The translations under genes and the position numbers were made by a program. The notes beneath the pieces are model-generated. The model was not told the DNA's origin and made no database searches. It was given only the letters and a program-made list of their open reading frames with translations. A stretch of DNA of 63,646 nucleotides, counting the filler, from Dugesia japonica (taxonomy: Eukaryota), in the NCBI GenBank assembly GCA_001938525.1. It is 6 parts of 6 records of this genome, joined end to end, with 100 filler letters (N's around TTAATTAATTAA, not from the genome) between each part and the next. Parts side by side here need not be neighbours in the genome. Positions count along the whole stretch, not along the records: positions 39,399 to 54,993 come from MQRL01602731.1; positions 55,094 to 63,646 come from MQRL01162292.1; 4 more parts are not named here. One strand, given 5' to 3'. The first letter of the stretch is position 1. Every line of letters starts with the position of its first letter. Positions 50,615 through 63,646 of the stretch are shown one piece after another.

Positions 50615-50879
50615 TTTACAAATAAATTTTATTTTGATCGAAGCCTTTCTCCAAAATATCCATTTAAAAAGATCAAACAAGAAATAAAATATGGAAATAT
50701 CATATTGCCCGAAATTGTAACAAACAATTACTATGCAAGAACTGTAAGAAATCCGGACATATATCTCCAATGTTCAGAAAGAAGATTTTCGAAGATTCAA
50801 AGAAACGATTGACAATTCAAATATTGAATATGATGAAGCCAGTTGTGATTATGAAAAGGAATCTAAAGATAATAATGAA

Positions 50880-51390
50880 GGAATTGTGTAATAGATAGAA
50901 AATAAAGCAAACATTTTCAGCTTCATATTATCATATAGAACAGCCAAAGACAAATAACATGCATTTTGTAAGTCACATAACCAATCGTGGGTTAAAGTAA
51001 TTCCTTTTGTGATATGAAATCATCAAATAACAAAAAAACCCGAAGTTTCGCTTTACACAATCTTATTTAGAAAAGGATGAATTTGAAACCAGATATTTTG
51101 ACTGCAAATGTAAAAATTGACAAGATGGATTTTCAGAATAACTTTAAAAAACAAAGGGAGTGAATTACGGAAAAGAGAAGACAATGAAAATAAACCAAAC
51201 AATAAGAACACTGCATAAAAAAATGGAGATTTGGTAATAGTAAAAACAAGAGAAAGAGGGTTACTTTAAAAAATACATAAAGAACCGTGGATGGTAAGCA
51301 AATTTATCATTAATTATAATTTAGAATTAGACGATGGAATAAAATTAATTCGTCAAAATTTTCAAGTAAAACGATTGTTCGAAACGTTTG
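50880..51390 (+). pseudogene. Highly decayed Gypsy integrase C-terminal region
   Basis: SWVKVIPFVI, PEVSLYTILFRK, GDLVIVKTRE and YKEPW (GPY/F-like) remnants. Confidence 0.45.
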
Positions 51391-52433
51391 ACGAATCAAT
51401 CATTAGTGCCACATAGTTTGATAGTTAATTCTAGCGAAATAAAACCTGCTTTTATGGCAACTCAGAACAATGCGAAAGGCGGTCTCCAAAGAGAGAATGG
51501 AATTCAAATCCCAAATATACGACCAACTATTAAAAGAAAAGAGATTTTGATAAATTTGTTTTAATAATATTGAAAATACGTGTAATTTAAATAAATTTTA
51601 GTAAACTCATTTACTTCTCAATTATAGATTTGTTTAAATATTTAATCAAAGAGAATTCATAAAATTTTCAGAACCGATTTACAGACCTTAATTTGTTATA
51701 ATTAAAACACATTTATGGATAATTTTCTAGACAATATTACATTAACTAATAGCTTAGGTATGGGACCATCTATAATTGACGCCAGACACTCAGGGGATAA
51801 TATATACAAGGTAGAAATATATTTGTGAGGATTTCTGAAGGGCTCTGGAAATGTGACTGTGAGAAAAAGAAAGAAATAAGAATTTTATTAACTTAAAAAT
51901 AAGCAAATTAATTTAATATTTACATGAAGTTGTTTAAATATTGTTAATTTGTTTGGTGCAGAGTCGTTTATTTTAAAATTTTGCTGTGAATTAAAAAACC
52001 TAAATTTCGAGAAATTTTCAGTTAGTTGTTATTTATTGATTCATAAAGAATATTGTTTTTGTAATTATTTTGTCACATCTTTTGTAATCAATTTTGGTAA
52101 TAAAAAAGAATTGTTCCATCGTTTAATAAATAGTGATAAGTGATTCACCACTACAAATATGAATAAGAAAATCTATTCGTCAAATTTCTGATGGATTAGA
52201 AATTAATTACAAGACTGTTTCTTCTGGGGTAAGGCTTTTTAAAACGACAGACAGAAAGGAAAAAGCAAATTAGAATTCAGGAAGAACTAAGTGAAGATTA
52301 AAAAAATTATTAAAGATAAAACTGAGGATGATGTTTCTAATACATTAAATAAAATAAAACAATATTTGGAAGAAAATCTTACAATTTCAACATCAATAAC
52401 CCCAATTTATTGGTCGTTAGAGTGATTGTTATA

Positions 52434-53706
52434 TATTGAGTTGTCTGGAAAGTTCGTACTGATTTTTAATAAAAATTCAAAAGTAGCACATTTAAATTTC
52501 AAAATACCCGTATTAAATTACATAGTTACCATATTGTTCCGTATCCTTTTTCCGTCGTTTACGAATCTTAAAGATTTCATCCTTCAGGAATTTATCAGGT
52601 TCTCCGGCTATAAAAATTATCAATTTTGATTGTTTTTGCCATTAAAGGAATTTTGCAAAGACCTAAATAAGTGGAAATCTGTGAGTGTCATATCTGGTGG
52701 ATAAGACGGATGAGGTAGGATCTCCAAATCGAGCTTCTAACCCTTTTTTCTAGTAGCCAAAGACACATGAGTGCGCTTATTGTCCAGATGAAACACGATT
52801 TCATTCCGTTGATCTAATTCTGGACTTTTTCTTTCAATTTGTTTGTTTAATTTGTCTCATTACAAACAATACTTTTCAGAATTTATCGTCTGATTAGCTA
52901 GTAGAAGCTCAAAAAACAAAATTCATTGTCAGTCCTACCAGACACAAACCATAATTTCTTTCGAATGAAGACCAACTTTTGGGTTGGTTAATGGTGATCA
53001 TATTTGCTTGTCCCAGGATCTTTTCGCTGAACATTATTATAAATGATCTACTTCTCATCTCCAGTCACTACTTGCTTCAAAAATGGTGTCGCTTCGTTGC
53101 GTTTATAGAGCCGGTCGCAGATGTTGATGCGATTCCTCAAGTTCTTTTCACTTAAATCGTGTGAAATTTATACATCTAAACGGGTTGTGTCCAAGCTTCA
53201 ATAAATGCTTATGGGCGTTGGTTTTAAGTATATTTAATATTTCTGCTAATTCACATGTCTTGTGGTGTGGATTATTCTCGACAAGTGTTTTTATGTGATC
53301 TTTATCAGTGATGCCGACGGCGACCCAGACGTTCCTGGTCTTAAAAGTTCAAATTACCAGCTTTAAGCCCAGAAGAACACCTGCGAACAGTTCTCTCAGA
53401 TAATGCACCTTTACCTTAAACAGCGTATAGTTTCTTTGCTGCTTGTGTGGAATTTTTACCTTTCTGATAAAAGAAATACTTCAAATACCGATAAGTAATT
53501 TTATTTTCTGCCATATCTAAACTTTCGTAATACTTTCGATGATTATTTCAACAAATCATTCATTTTATCTTTATTAATTTACATATTTCATTTACCTGTT
53601 AGAATATGTATATTGATGTGACTTGTTTTCAATTATTCAGATATATTAAAACCTGTTTTGATTCCACATACTGAAAATTGGCACGAACTTTCCGAACAAT
53701 CCAATA
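52434..53706 (-). mobile_element. Full-length mariner element (~1.27 kb) with pseudogenised transposase
   Basis: TIRs TATTGAGTTGTCTGGAAAGTTCGTAC / GCACGAACTTTCCGAACAATCCAATA flanked by TA; minus strand VVTGDEK and ILPHPSYPPDMTLTDFHLF. Confidence 0.9.
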
Positions 53707-54224
53707 TAATATACATTATTAATTTTATTAATAATTTTAAAGATTTCCGGTGAATGAAAATATCGGTAAATTTACAAGCCCTAATACTGAGTATTTAAAG
53801 TAATAATATTTTTCCGTTTTTTGTATTTATGAAAAATATTGCACAATAACTGCTACAATAAGATTATGTGAATTTAACATGAATGTGCAATAATTGTTTA
53901 TAATTTTTAATAAACACAATAAACGCGCTATAAACCTCAAGAATCGTAATTTATAACTTTATACTTCAACATAAAATATATTTAAAGAATATTTAACAAA
54001 AATTTCATTATAAATTATATAAATAAAATAAATACCCGCAACGTTGAATCCCAGCTGCCGGTACATACAGCTGTTCCATCGGGACTTGTCTTCAAACAAG
54101 ATATTCTGTTTTCGTGCCCACTTAATATTGCAACACGATTGCTCTTGAGCACATCCCAAATATTCATGATGTAATCATTGTATCCCGCAAATAATAACCG
54201 GCCTAAATATTAAAAATATTAATA

Positions 54225-54993
54225 CAAGGTGTGTCTCAAAAGTTCCGAGACTGGTCTTAAATACTTGGGTAATATGATATCATAAAATGTTTAGCATAAT
54301 TAAATAATGTAGACATTCATGATCATTTTTATATATAATATTATATGTATTTGTTTAAATGATAGGTAAATAAATCTTGACACTTTCAAATTGCAATAAT
54401 AAAATTGCCATATTTTTTTTAATCGAACAATTTGGAACAGAGATTCAACAATAAACTTTGTCTTCGATTTATAAAACTACAAAGTAAATAGATGAAATGT
54501 TTAGAAAGCATAAAGAGATAATGCCATGTCAATGNNNNNNNNNNNNNNNNNNNNNNNNNNNNNNNNNNNNNNNNNNNNNNNNNNNNNNNNNNNNNNNNNN
54601 NNNNNNNNNNNNNNNNNNNNNNGGTCAGATGACATGAGTGCAATGGTGAAGGAATTTATTGAAACAGATCATCAATTGAGCGTCAGAATGATCGCTGAGA
54701 CGGTCCATCATATTCCATCACAAAACAATGTTGCAAGTTAACTTGTGAATACTTCATTAGATGCCTCGATAATGACAAATTGTTAATCGAAAGTATTGAT
54801 ACGGGAGATGAGACATGGATTAATAGCTACGAACCTGAACCGAAAAGGCAAAGTCTGGAGTGGCGAGAGAAAATGTCACTTATCAAAAAGATTACAAGGA
54901 TTTAGAAATCAAAAGTCATATGCGTGTTGATAACTTTCTTTGATTTCAAGGGTATATTAAGTTGGTGAATATTTAACGACGATTGTTTAACAA
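54225..54993 (+). mobile_element. 5' part of a mariner element
   Basis: TA|CAAGGTGTGTCTCAAAAGTTCCGAGACTG; DHQLSVRMIAE, TGDETWINSYEPEPKRQSLEW, LITFFDFKG. Confidence 0.85.
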
Positions 54994-55093
54994 NNNNNNN
55001 NNNNNNNNNNNNNNNNNNNNNNNNNNNNNNNNNNNNNTTAATTAATTAANNNNNNNNNNNNNNNNNNNNNNNNNNNNNNNNNNNNNNNNNNNN
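54994..55093. other. Artificial 100-bp scaffold spacer
   Basis: N44-TTAATTAATTAA-N44. Confidence 0.97.
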
Positions 55094-55507
55094 TAGAAAA
55101 CTCGAGATAAAAAATGAAAAATAAAACATCTTTATATATGAACTTTTCTGCAGAATCTGCGGTTAAAAAACGCACGGTTCATTGCATTTGCTGAAAAGTT
55201 GAAGTGACCTCCCCTGTAGTTGTCAAAATTTGACGATACAACTTCACAATTTTAACAAAAATTTCAATTTTGTGCTCTTCTTAACTTATAGATAAAAGTA
55301 GAAGTAGCTATTATAATTTACAATCGTTTGGAAAACAAGACAAAAAGAAGAAGTAAAATTTTGTTCATTATCATTTTAAAAATTCATATTAAAGTTATAA
55401 AAAGTGAAGACTGGGGTGACGATCGTCACAGCTTAGATATCAAACTCACGAGATCGTTCACTGCATAATTAATTACTGTTGAAATATTGTGAGATAAATT
55501 TTATGCT

Positions 55508-55600
55508 ACGAGAGATAAATGTTGTTGAAATAACGAGAGATAAATGTTGTTGAAATAACGAGAGATAAATGTTGTTGAAATAACGACAGATAAATGTTAT
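55508..55600 (+). repeat. 25-bp tandem repeat (3 copies plus degenerate flanks)
   Basis: acgagagataaatgttgttgaaata x3, head to tail. Confidence 0.92.
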
Positions 55601-55925
55601 GCTAGGAGAGATTAATGTGTTGAATTATTTTGAAATGATGGTTACGCTGAGAAATTAATATTGTTGAAATATTATGGACGAGATACATGTTAGATTGAAA
55701 TGTTATCAAAGAGATGAATATGGCAAATGTTGCGATGACAGGGAATGATTATTTTGACGAATATTAAGAGAAAGATTAAAACGTGATGATCATTTAAGAC
55801 GAGAATTAGCCATAAAAGTGAGGTTGACAACTGCTATGAGTAAAGATAGTATACGATTATGAATTGGTAGTTGAACTTCTTTCTAATGATTTCTAATAAT
55901 TTTGTCTGAAAATTGATTGAACATT

Positions 55926-57500
55926 TATATAAAAATATCATAACGATCTTATAATCACAACTTGTTTTTTATTCTCACAATTTTAGGAATATTCTTTCAT
56001 TATACCGAGTATGTTTGATAGTATTTGATTACAATAGAAAATTTATTTTACTAATACGATAATTTAATATTTAATGCAAATAATTTGATAATTATAACTG
56101 TATAACTTTATTAATTTAAGACTTAGTAATACGTCGTGTTATGAACAGGAAGACCATTCGTCATTTGAAAGGAGAAAGATTTCCAAGAAATATTATTCAA
56201 ATAAAGATGAATCAATATGAAGTATCAGTATCATGGCACTCCGGATAATGAAGTAAGAGATAGAAATAAGATGTATGATCAATAAAGTAAGAAGTCCAAC
56301 TCCATATACATTGACGAATGATTGATGATCTGTTTGTAATGTTTGTACACGAAATGCTATACTGTAAATAATTTAAATTATATCGATTAACAGATGCAAA
56401 ACTATTTTTATATATCTAGATGACTAGACAAATTATGCAGACTGAAGCTCAAAAGTCATTAAATGCGGGAAAATGGTCCTCTATGACGTGCAAATATAAT
56501 GACATGCCCCTGCTCTGGAATTCACTAGGAGCAGAAGGAACCGATGTCAAGCCCTGGTAGACTACCCAGAATCTACTGCGAGTAAAGAGTGAAGAAAATT
56601 GAAAGACGCAAACAGAGATGATTCATCAAAAACAGTAGCATGCGTAGCAATTCCAACGAATCAATAGCTTAAAAATTCGAATTGAACAACAGGAGCATGA
56701 TTAGAAGCAACGACTTCTAGAGATAACACCATAAAAGCAGGAGAGAGAGAAGGAACTTGTTACATTACTCGTCAGAACTACGGAGCTTGCCAAACAACAA
56801 CAGCACCCGATTCAAACGATGCGCGCTACTCAGGTAGAGGCCGAGGAGTAAACAAAGCTGTCCAAGCATTTATCCATCAAAGTTGAAACAATACGCCAAC
56901 AGATTCTTATGCCACTAGACGAGACTACTATCATTCCAAAGACAAATGTGTGATGTTTTTATTCAAATAATATAATTTTAGTTTAGCGAATTTTCTTCAT
57001 TTAATTTATGCGTAGAAAGATTTATGTAAATTTTCAATGATGATATAAACGATAAACTCAATGATAATATCTGATAATAAACATTAATAATGAATTTTCC
57101 TTTATATAATTATTACAAAAATAATTGCGAGGATGGCATCTCTTTAATTTCAGTGTCAAATGCAAAGAAGACAACGCTGACGCGTCAATGTAAGACAAAC
57201 AAAAACAGTGGTTCTCCATGCACAAGAAATTACATATTAAAATTTTGGAATTGCAAAGGAAGAATAGTGCTCTTCGAGAAAAGAATAAACATTTGAAAGA
57301 AAAAGACCAAGTACTGTCGCAAACCTTTCAAGCAATGGCCGACATCAAAAATTCATATGCAGATAGAGAAAGCGTAACAATTGCAACGGTCCAAACACTA
57401 ATCCAAGTTTCCAAAGTAGGAAAAGAAGCAACCAATGAGAAGAACAAGGTGATCATCGACCTGGATGAATGACCGATGTTAAATAAAATAAAATTTTCTC
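55926..57500 (+). pseudogene. Second decayed leader-plus-cassette array (TATA box, A|GTATGT donor, acceptor-led coiled-coil ORFs)
   Basis: TATATAAAAA at ~55926; donor at 56009 preceded by A; acceptors tctAG|ATG (56419) and tttcAG|TG (57153); coiled-coil ORF 57218-57472 followed by AATAAA. Confidence 0.45.
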
Positions 57501-58954
57501 AAAAATATTTTAATTGATGACTACAATTATAAATTAATAATGAAAAATAACACCAGAGAGAATAGAGCCAAATAAAATTGAAATTGGAAACACAAGACGG
57601 AATACCGCATGAACCACGGGGTAGATGGATCAATGCACGAAAAATTCTAGTATTTTTGCTAGCTTCAGAGTATCTACCTCTAGTAGATTTTCATATGAAG
57701 AGGAACAAGATCAAGAAGAACAATCAAGGAGAAAAAAGACACCGACTCTGTTGTAAAATCCTTAAAAGCGACACTTTTGACTACAAAGGAATCTAAGAAT
57801 CAGATTATTACACAGTCAAAGGGGATATTTCCATACAATTTTGCAACGAGCTTACAGGTTCTGAAAGATACAAAACAAATGCCACCAAAGTGACGATACA
57901 GGTAGTTTTTTTCTAGAAACGGAAAACATAAGTTTAGAAACAGTAACAGCAAGTCAAGTGAGAGATTACCTGATACTTTGAATTATGATAAAAATCATGT
58001 CCTTTATAATAACAGCATGAATTCGGTAAGAGGGAAATTTAAAGATGAGAATAAAGGGAAAAAGTATCAAGAATGGGTATTTTGAGGCAAAAATAGCCTG
58101 CTCGGTGATAAGAACAGCATGACAGCAAAAGGCATATCATTGAAGAACACAGAAATTTCTCATNNNNNNNNNNNNNNNNNNGAGAACAAATCTGTCTCGG
58201 TTGAACAATTTAGGATAACCGCCCAAAATCATCAATTGTACAGTCAAACAAAATAACACTGACAAACACTGAAGAAAAGTGGGTATGTGTTAATAAAAAT
58301 AACAGTTTACTATTTGGTCACTATTCCCTAAACTAGTTTTTTCCAAAAAATCAATCCAGCCTCATCTAGAACAAAATCTCAAACAAATGTATTTATTTAT
58401 TTTTTAAATATTTGTTTAATTATTTCTATTTAGAATATGATGAGAAAAAAAGAAAAAAAAACATTTGTTAACTTATAACCAGTCCTCTTTTGCACCAAAT
58501 ATTGTAAAATATATATATTTACTGATTAAAAGATGTTATTATTAGATCATATTAGTTCTTATTATTTATTTATTAAATTTAATTTTAGAAAATTATTGAA
58601 AATGTGCATTGTGCATGACGCAAGCATGCATTTACATGTTAAATATAAACAAAATTAATTTAATTATCAATTAATAATGAATTTGGATCTTATTATAGAA
58701 GAAATGTTGGAAAATATTGATAGAAATTATTTTGTACCTGAATTTAAAATATCACCAACAATTGAATAAGCTAATTTTAAAAAAATTATATGATTTAATT
58801 ATATGTTTAATTAAAAAACTATGTTTAAAATAAAATAAAAACGAGTTTCATTAAAAAAAATTTATTACACGATATTTAATAAAAACACATAAAAGAACAA
58901 CATTTAACAATAAAATAAAGTCATTCACAAACAAGAAACAAGTTGATGGTGTGA

Positions 58955-59680
58955 TTATTTTACATTGCACACTGGATCTAAACTAATAATTATTAAGTTT
59001 ACATAAATAAAAATGATATTACCGCTATTGCTCTTCCTATCCACATGACATTGCCTTTGCATACCTAACGCAATGGGTAGAGTTTGCATTTTAATATTTG
59101 TTAGGCTTATGCTGATTATCTCTGGACTCTGATATTGTATGTCCATGTTCAGTTTATTAGCAATGTTTACTTTTTTCTTATAAATCTCAATAGATTCTGT
59201 TAGTGGATCAAGTTAAAAAACCTTACCAAGTTTTTCATCAAAAATGAAATGTTTTCAAGCATCTTTGGATCGAATTGGAGTTTTTAAATACTTTTTCATT
59301 TCTTATACCTAATTAAAAAACAATTATTATATTATTATAATTAATATTATTACCACCAAACTATCCAGAAATTGAATTTATATCAAAGCATGCAGACCAT
59401 TTTTTAGTTTCTTCTCCAACTTATATCGATACAGCAAAATTTCGTTGTTGGATATTTCCGTCATCGGATTCATAAACGGCTCCAGATTGTATTTTTTTTT
59501 CAATCCTTCTGCTTTGTTAACTATACATAATTTTAAATTATCCATATAGTCTAGTGTATAAGCCTGGTTGATGATTGATAACACTTTGTAGCCTTCATCG
59601 AGCGGAGATTCTTTGTTGTATAATCCTATCTGCTTGAACATTTCATATTGTTTGTGTGATAAATTCCGAATATCTACCAT
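58955..59680 (-). pseudogene. Unidentified ORF (100 aa) with probable downstream decayed exon(s)
   Basis: ORF 59680-59378 is coding-like; a GT...TTAG intron-like AT tract at ~59308-59353; no family recognised. Confidence 0.3.
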
Positions 59681-59979
59681 TTGGAAAATAATGAAATATT
59701 TAAAATAAATTCTATTTATATTCTTGTTGTGTATCTATGTATATTATTATTGGTTGTAGAAAGGACAGAAACATAACTTGAACCAATAGAAATTCATACA
59801 AAGAAAGTAAAAACAAAAGAAGATGTAAAGAAAACTAGTTGCTATTGAAATAACAAATATTTCTTACTGTAAGTAGTTTTTTTATTAATGAATGCAATAT
59901 GGATGAAATAGGATTGCAACACAGCCTCACGTGCCTCGGATTTTTAATAAATGCAATAGGCATGTAATATGAATGCAAG

Positions 59980-60276
59980 TTCTCTTTTTTGTAATTTAAC
60001 TAATTCAGTTTCTTCTTTTCTTTAAATTGCATCTCTGGAATTGCTTACAGTTAAAGCTATTCCAGTGGCAATTCCTGCTGTTGAAGCTAAACCAGCAATT
60101 ATATCTGGTATTAATGTTAATAATGGAATTACCCCGTTTTCTTTAGTATGAATTTCATTTTTGATTGCTTCTTTAACGTTTTTACCAATCCAATAATTTT
60201 GAAAATTAATTTTAATAGATTTACATTTGTTTGAATTTATCAAATCAATCAGCTCTTGTTCAGCTATTGAAGACAT
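59980..60276 (-). pseudogene. Polinton/adenovirus pX-like small virion protein (GG-hydrophobic motif)
   Basis: KENGVIPLLTLIPDIIAGLASTAGIATGIA resembles adenoviral pX GGFLPALIPIIAAAIGAIPGIA and related Polinton small ORFs; premature stop followed by RKEETEL. Confidence 0.6.
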
Positions 60277-61679
60277 TTTATCTAGCTAAATTGTTTACTT
60301 ATAATAATAGAGAAATAAATAATAGATTTTTTCCATAATGATAACGACTTGGAGCGGTTTATTAAAGATCATCAAGATTGTGCATGTTTAATACATATAT
60401 AAATATATTAAAAAAGTTAAAGTTAAGCCTAATAAAATTGAAAATGATGTTGAAATTAAAATCGATTCTAATTCTAATCCTAACAGGTACCATTGATTCT
60501 AGTAGTGAAATTAAAAATGATATTGAAATTGAAAATTAAACTAAACATTGAATTAGACTTGAGAGATCTAGATTATTACCATAATTCCTCATCATATGAA
60601 TCATCATTACCTCCCTCCACAAGTATTCATATTCAATCTAGAAATAAAGATACTTTCAAAGAATTATTTTTAAAATCCTTCAAAACTGTTAAAACAGATT
60701 TATCAGATATTATTCGAATTAACATTGATACATCTATAAACTCATTAATTATTAATATTAAAACATTGGATTCTAATTCAATTAATTTATAAAAAATCAA
60801 ATGAAACTTTTTATAATTTAGAAAAATGTATACAAATTTTGGCTACAAAAGTTGAGAGAAAAAAGCTGAAAATATTAAAAGAAAATTGTATAAATTATTC
60901 ATATTCATATATAACTAAATTAATTAAATATTTTAAATTGAGTAAGCATTATCCAATTTTATTTAATTGCAGTTTATCATGGAACCAGATAAATAATAAT
61001 TTTAAAATAATTAAAAAATTTTTTAAACAACTTGAAAGAAATGGAATAAAAATGTTGAATATTTAAATGGTGAAGAGTTTTAAATCTAAATTTTTAAATT
61101 TTTGAAAAATAATTTCCGATTATAGCATGAAGTTTTAATTTGTTTGATTAATCGAATAATGATGGATATAGTTCTTATTTTAATAAATTTATGGAGTTGA
61201 ATTCTGATGTTAATGATTCGAGGAGTTTTCCAAACTCACTTAACATTTTTATTTAATAAAAATATAATGAGATTATTTTTTCATTGCCAAACTTAATATT
61301 GCCAAATTTGTTGCTGTTAGATTAAAAAAATTTACATTATTAATAAAGTCCTTTCCTTCCTCTTTAGAAATGTGTTCAGAAGTATCTATAGTTAACAACT
61401 TCTAAAGTATTTTAGGTCTTTTATCTTCTTTATTTGTTTCAATTGAATTTTCCTCTTTTAAATTTTCTTTATTATTTTTAATAGAATCGTCTTTTAAATC
61501 TTCTTCTTTATGATTTCCAATAGAGCTTTTAGATGTTTCGTTTCCCATGTTTATAATTAATAATTTATTTAATTAATAGTCATTTAAAATAAAAGCTACG
61601 ATCAAAATTTCGATCAAAAAGATAGATTATAACTCTGTCTCAAATTTTAAATTTCTGTTTCTCTTTTATAAAATCATTT

Positions 61680-61935
61680 TCATGATAATGTTGATTTATT
61701 ATTTCTTTTATTTTATCTGGATTATCACAAGCATCTTTTGGTTAAATATTAATACTAGAAGGAATTGTATTTTTAAAATCATTTATAATCTTTTGTATTA
61801 AATTATTGTCCCATTTTTGATTTCCAACTGATGTAAAATATTTCCACATTTTATTTTTTAGAGTTCTAATAAATCTTTCCGCGAAAACTGATTTACCTTC
61901 ATTTTCTGAATTGAATTTCTACTATTCCATTTGTA
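61680..61935 (-). pseudogene. Polinton-type retroviral-like integrase, C-terminal core fragment
   Basis: KSVFAERFIRTLKNKMWKYFTSVGNQKWDNNLIQKIINDFKNTIPSSI matches the ERFNRTLK.KMWKYFT...W......YNNT.HS.I pattern of Polinton integrases. Confidence 0.75.
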
Positions 61936-62300
61936 TTATGATGATATAGACTTGAAAAGCAAATCCTTCTTTATTGATTCCTCATCTTGTTTAACTAGGA
62001 CTGTTAAGCATATGTATCTGCTAAATTTATCGATTATGGCACATAAATTTCTTTTTCTTCCTAAGGTTTCTTGGAATGATCCACAGATATCAATATAAAT
62101 ACTCTCAAGGAGAAGAATATGATGAGTGGATTTTTCTAAGACCGAAATGTTACAGCATGAAGAAAAAGAATAACACCACATCAATTAAGGTTGAACGGTA
62201 TAATCTTGAAGCAAACGGATATATAACCTTGAAATGATCTGGATGTATATAACGGACGAGAATTGAAGAGTGTTTAACAATAAAGCTTTCGATCAATTAA
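61936..62300 (-). pseudogene. Gypsy-type integrase fragment (first catalytic Asp region)
   Basis: ESIYIDICGSFQET..KRNLCAIIDKFSRYICLTVLVKQDEESI; upstream IHPDH remnant of the HHCC region. Confidence 0.7.
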
Positions 62301-62439
62301 TGACTAGATATTTACCATCGACAGGAAAAAACGCGCGATATCATGTCTAGATAACAAGCGGTAATGGAGGGAAAAGAATAAGAGTTTGGCCTATGGCCAT
62401 TATGAAATTATTAATTAAATTAAACAAATAATCGTTGAG

Positions 62440-62898
62440 ATGTACTTATATTGCATCTGTATTGCAAGTTTTGTAATTTTTTCAATCAAATTGAGTAAAT
62501 CTGATTTAATGTAATCCACATATCCTTGAAAATTCAAAATTTTAATTCCATGTATTACTAATTTTCCTGAAAAAAAATTTACTATGTCTTAAGGCAGGAA
62601 AAAACTCTGGTTCAAACAATCAGTTGGATATTTTTGTTAATTTCATCAAATTTATAACAACTCGCATATGAATAACATTATTTAATAATATATCAATCAT
62701 TCTAGATTTTGGACATTCAAATTTGTATACTTATCTCTTTTCTGTATAATTATTAATAATATATCAGTCACCCTAGATTTTGGAAATTCAAAATTTCATG
62801 GTAATTGTATACCTGTCACTTTTAACTTTGAATTGATATTATTTATCTATTCGAAAGCTAATTTTCTTTGTTACATCACTAATCAATACTAGTTATCA
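62440..62898 (-). pseudogene. TBP-like gene, copy 2 (more decayed)
   Basis: MITSID..DVTKKISFRIDK*YQFKVK...VINLMKLTKISN*LFEPEFFPALRH..FFSGKLVIHGIK; nucleotide similarity to 39401-39782, including upstream sequence. Confidence 0.65.
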
Positions 62899-63646
62899 TG
62901 ATTAATGAGTAACATAAAGGTTTTGATTGAATTAATGAAAAAAATTAAGGTTTTGATGGAATTAATTTAATTGATCCAATAAAAACAAATAATGTATATT
63001 TTATTAGGATTAATTTAGTTATTTTTAATATATATATATAATTGATAATAGAAATATATCAAAGACTTCTTCTTTGAATATTTTATCATGTTAATTAAAT
63101 TTTATTTAAATTAAGTTTAATTAAATTATTTAAATTTTAGACTCTCCGAAACATATAAAAAATATCAAGACTGCCCAATCTCAAAATATCAAGTCTGACC
63201 AATCTCTTGCAAAAAAGAAAATCAATCCCGACCAATTTCATACATTAATATCAAGATTGCCCTATTTAATACGTAAATATCAAGACTGCTCAAAATAGAC
63301 ATCTATTTTTCATAAAACAACATTTTAAATGAAATCATCATTTTTTATTAAAAATACCATTTTTCAAAAAATCATTACTCCCCTCTACCCCGCTGAAAAA
63401 AATTATTTGAATCTTCTAACCTTCAATAATTAATCCCCTTTCTTACCATACACTTTTACCCTGAAGGAAAATTTTTTTAACAACTAATACTACTTACAAA
63501 AATTGACCAATCAAATTATCGATTAAAAATTCCTCAATCACCCTCCACTTTACAAATACCATACTCCTCATCATATTACCCTTTTAACAAGCCATCACTT
63601 AACAAAATCAAACAAATACCCACAAACCAATACCCCTTCAAAAAAT

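Larger units (their letters stand above)
50187..50647. mobile_element. Inverted-repeat element of the AAGCTTCGATCAAAAT family with a hammerhead motif in each arm
   Basis: 50187-50253 is the reverse complement of 50582-50647. Confidence 0.7.

Noticed and set aside
10155-55093. Five TTAATTAATTAA palindromes embedded in N runs
   Set aside because: Identical 100-bp N44/12/N44 format; artificial scaffold joiners, not biology.
55508-55600. 25-bp repeats as a CRISPR array
   Set aside because: Head-to-tail with no unique spacers, no cas genes, eukaryotic context.

Overview
Eukaryotic, strongly AT-rich animal DNA with short GT-AG introns of 44-53 nt. It resembles a planarian/flatworm-type genome, but the host is inferred, not established. 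The window is not contiguous: five identical 100-bp spacers (N44-TTAATTAATTAA-N44) join six unrelated scaffolds (1-10154, 10255-21274, 21375-29751, 29852-39298, 39399-54993, 55094-63646). Most of it is decayed mobile DNA: Gypsy LTR retroelements, hAT, Tigger/pogo, mariner, Tc1, piggyBac, a Mutator-like MITE and Polinton/Maverick remnants (two pPolB pieces, an integrase, an adenovirus pX-like ORF). Host gene pieces are the 3' exons of isovaleryl-CoA dehydrogenase (IVD), an isolated NIPBL HEAT exon and the 3' exons of an unidentified gene. Four observations stand out. (1) A ~4-kb TG...CA element with a 4-bp TSD, probably a giant solo LTR, where one leader exon ending in 'A' could splice to an array of alternative terminal exons, two of them completing a split A|TG start codon; a similar layout recurs in another scaffold. 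(2) Two decayed copies of a compact TATA-binding-protein-like gene, one linked to Polinton genes. (3) Minimal type I hammerhead ribozymes inside inverted-repeat, Penelope-like elements. (4) A NIPBL exon bracketed by an ~82-bp inverted duplication. All calls come from reading motifs by eye; no searches were run.
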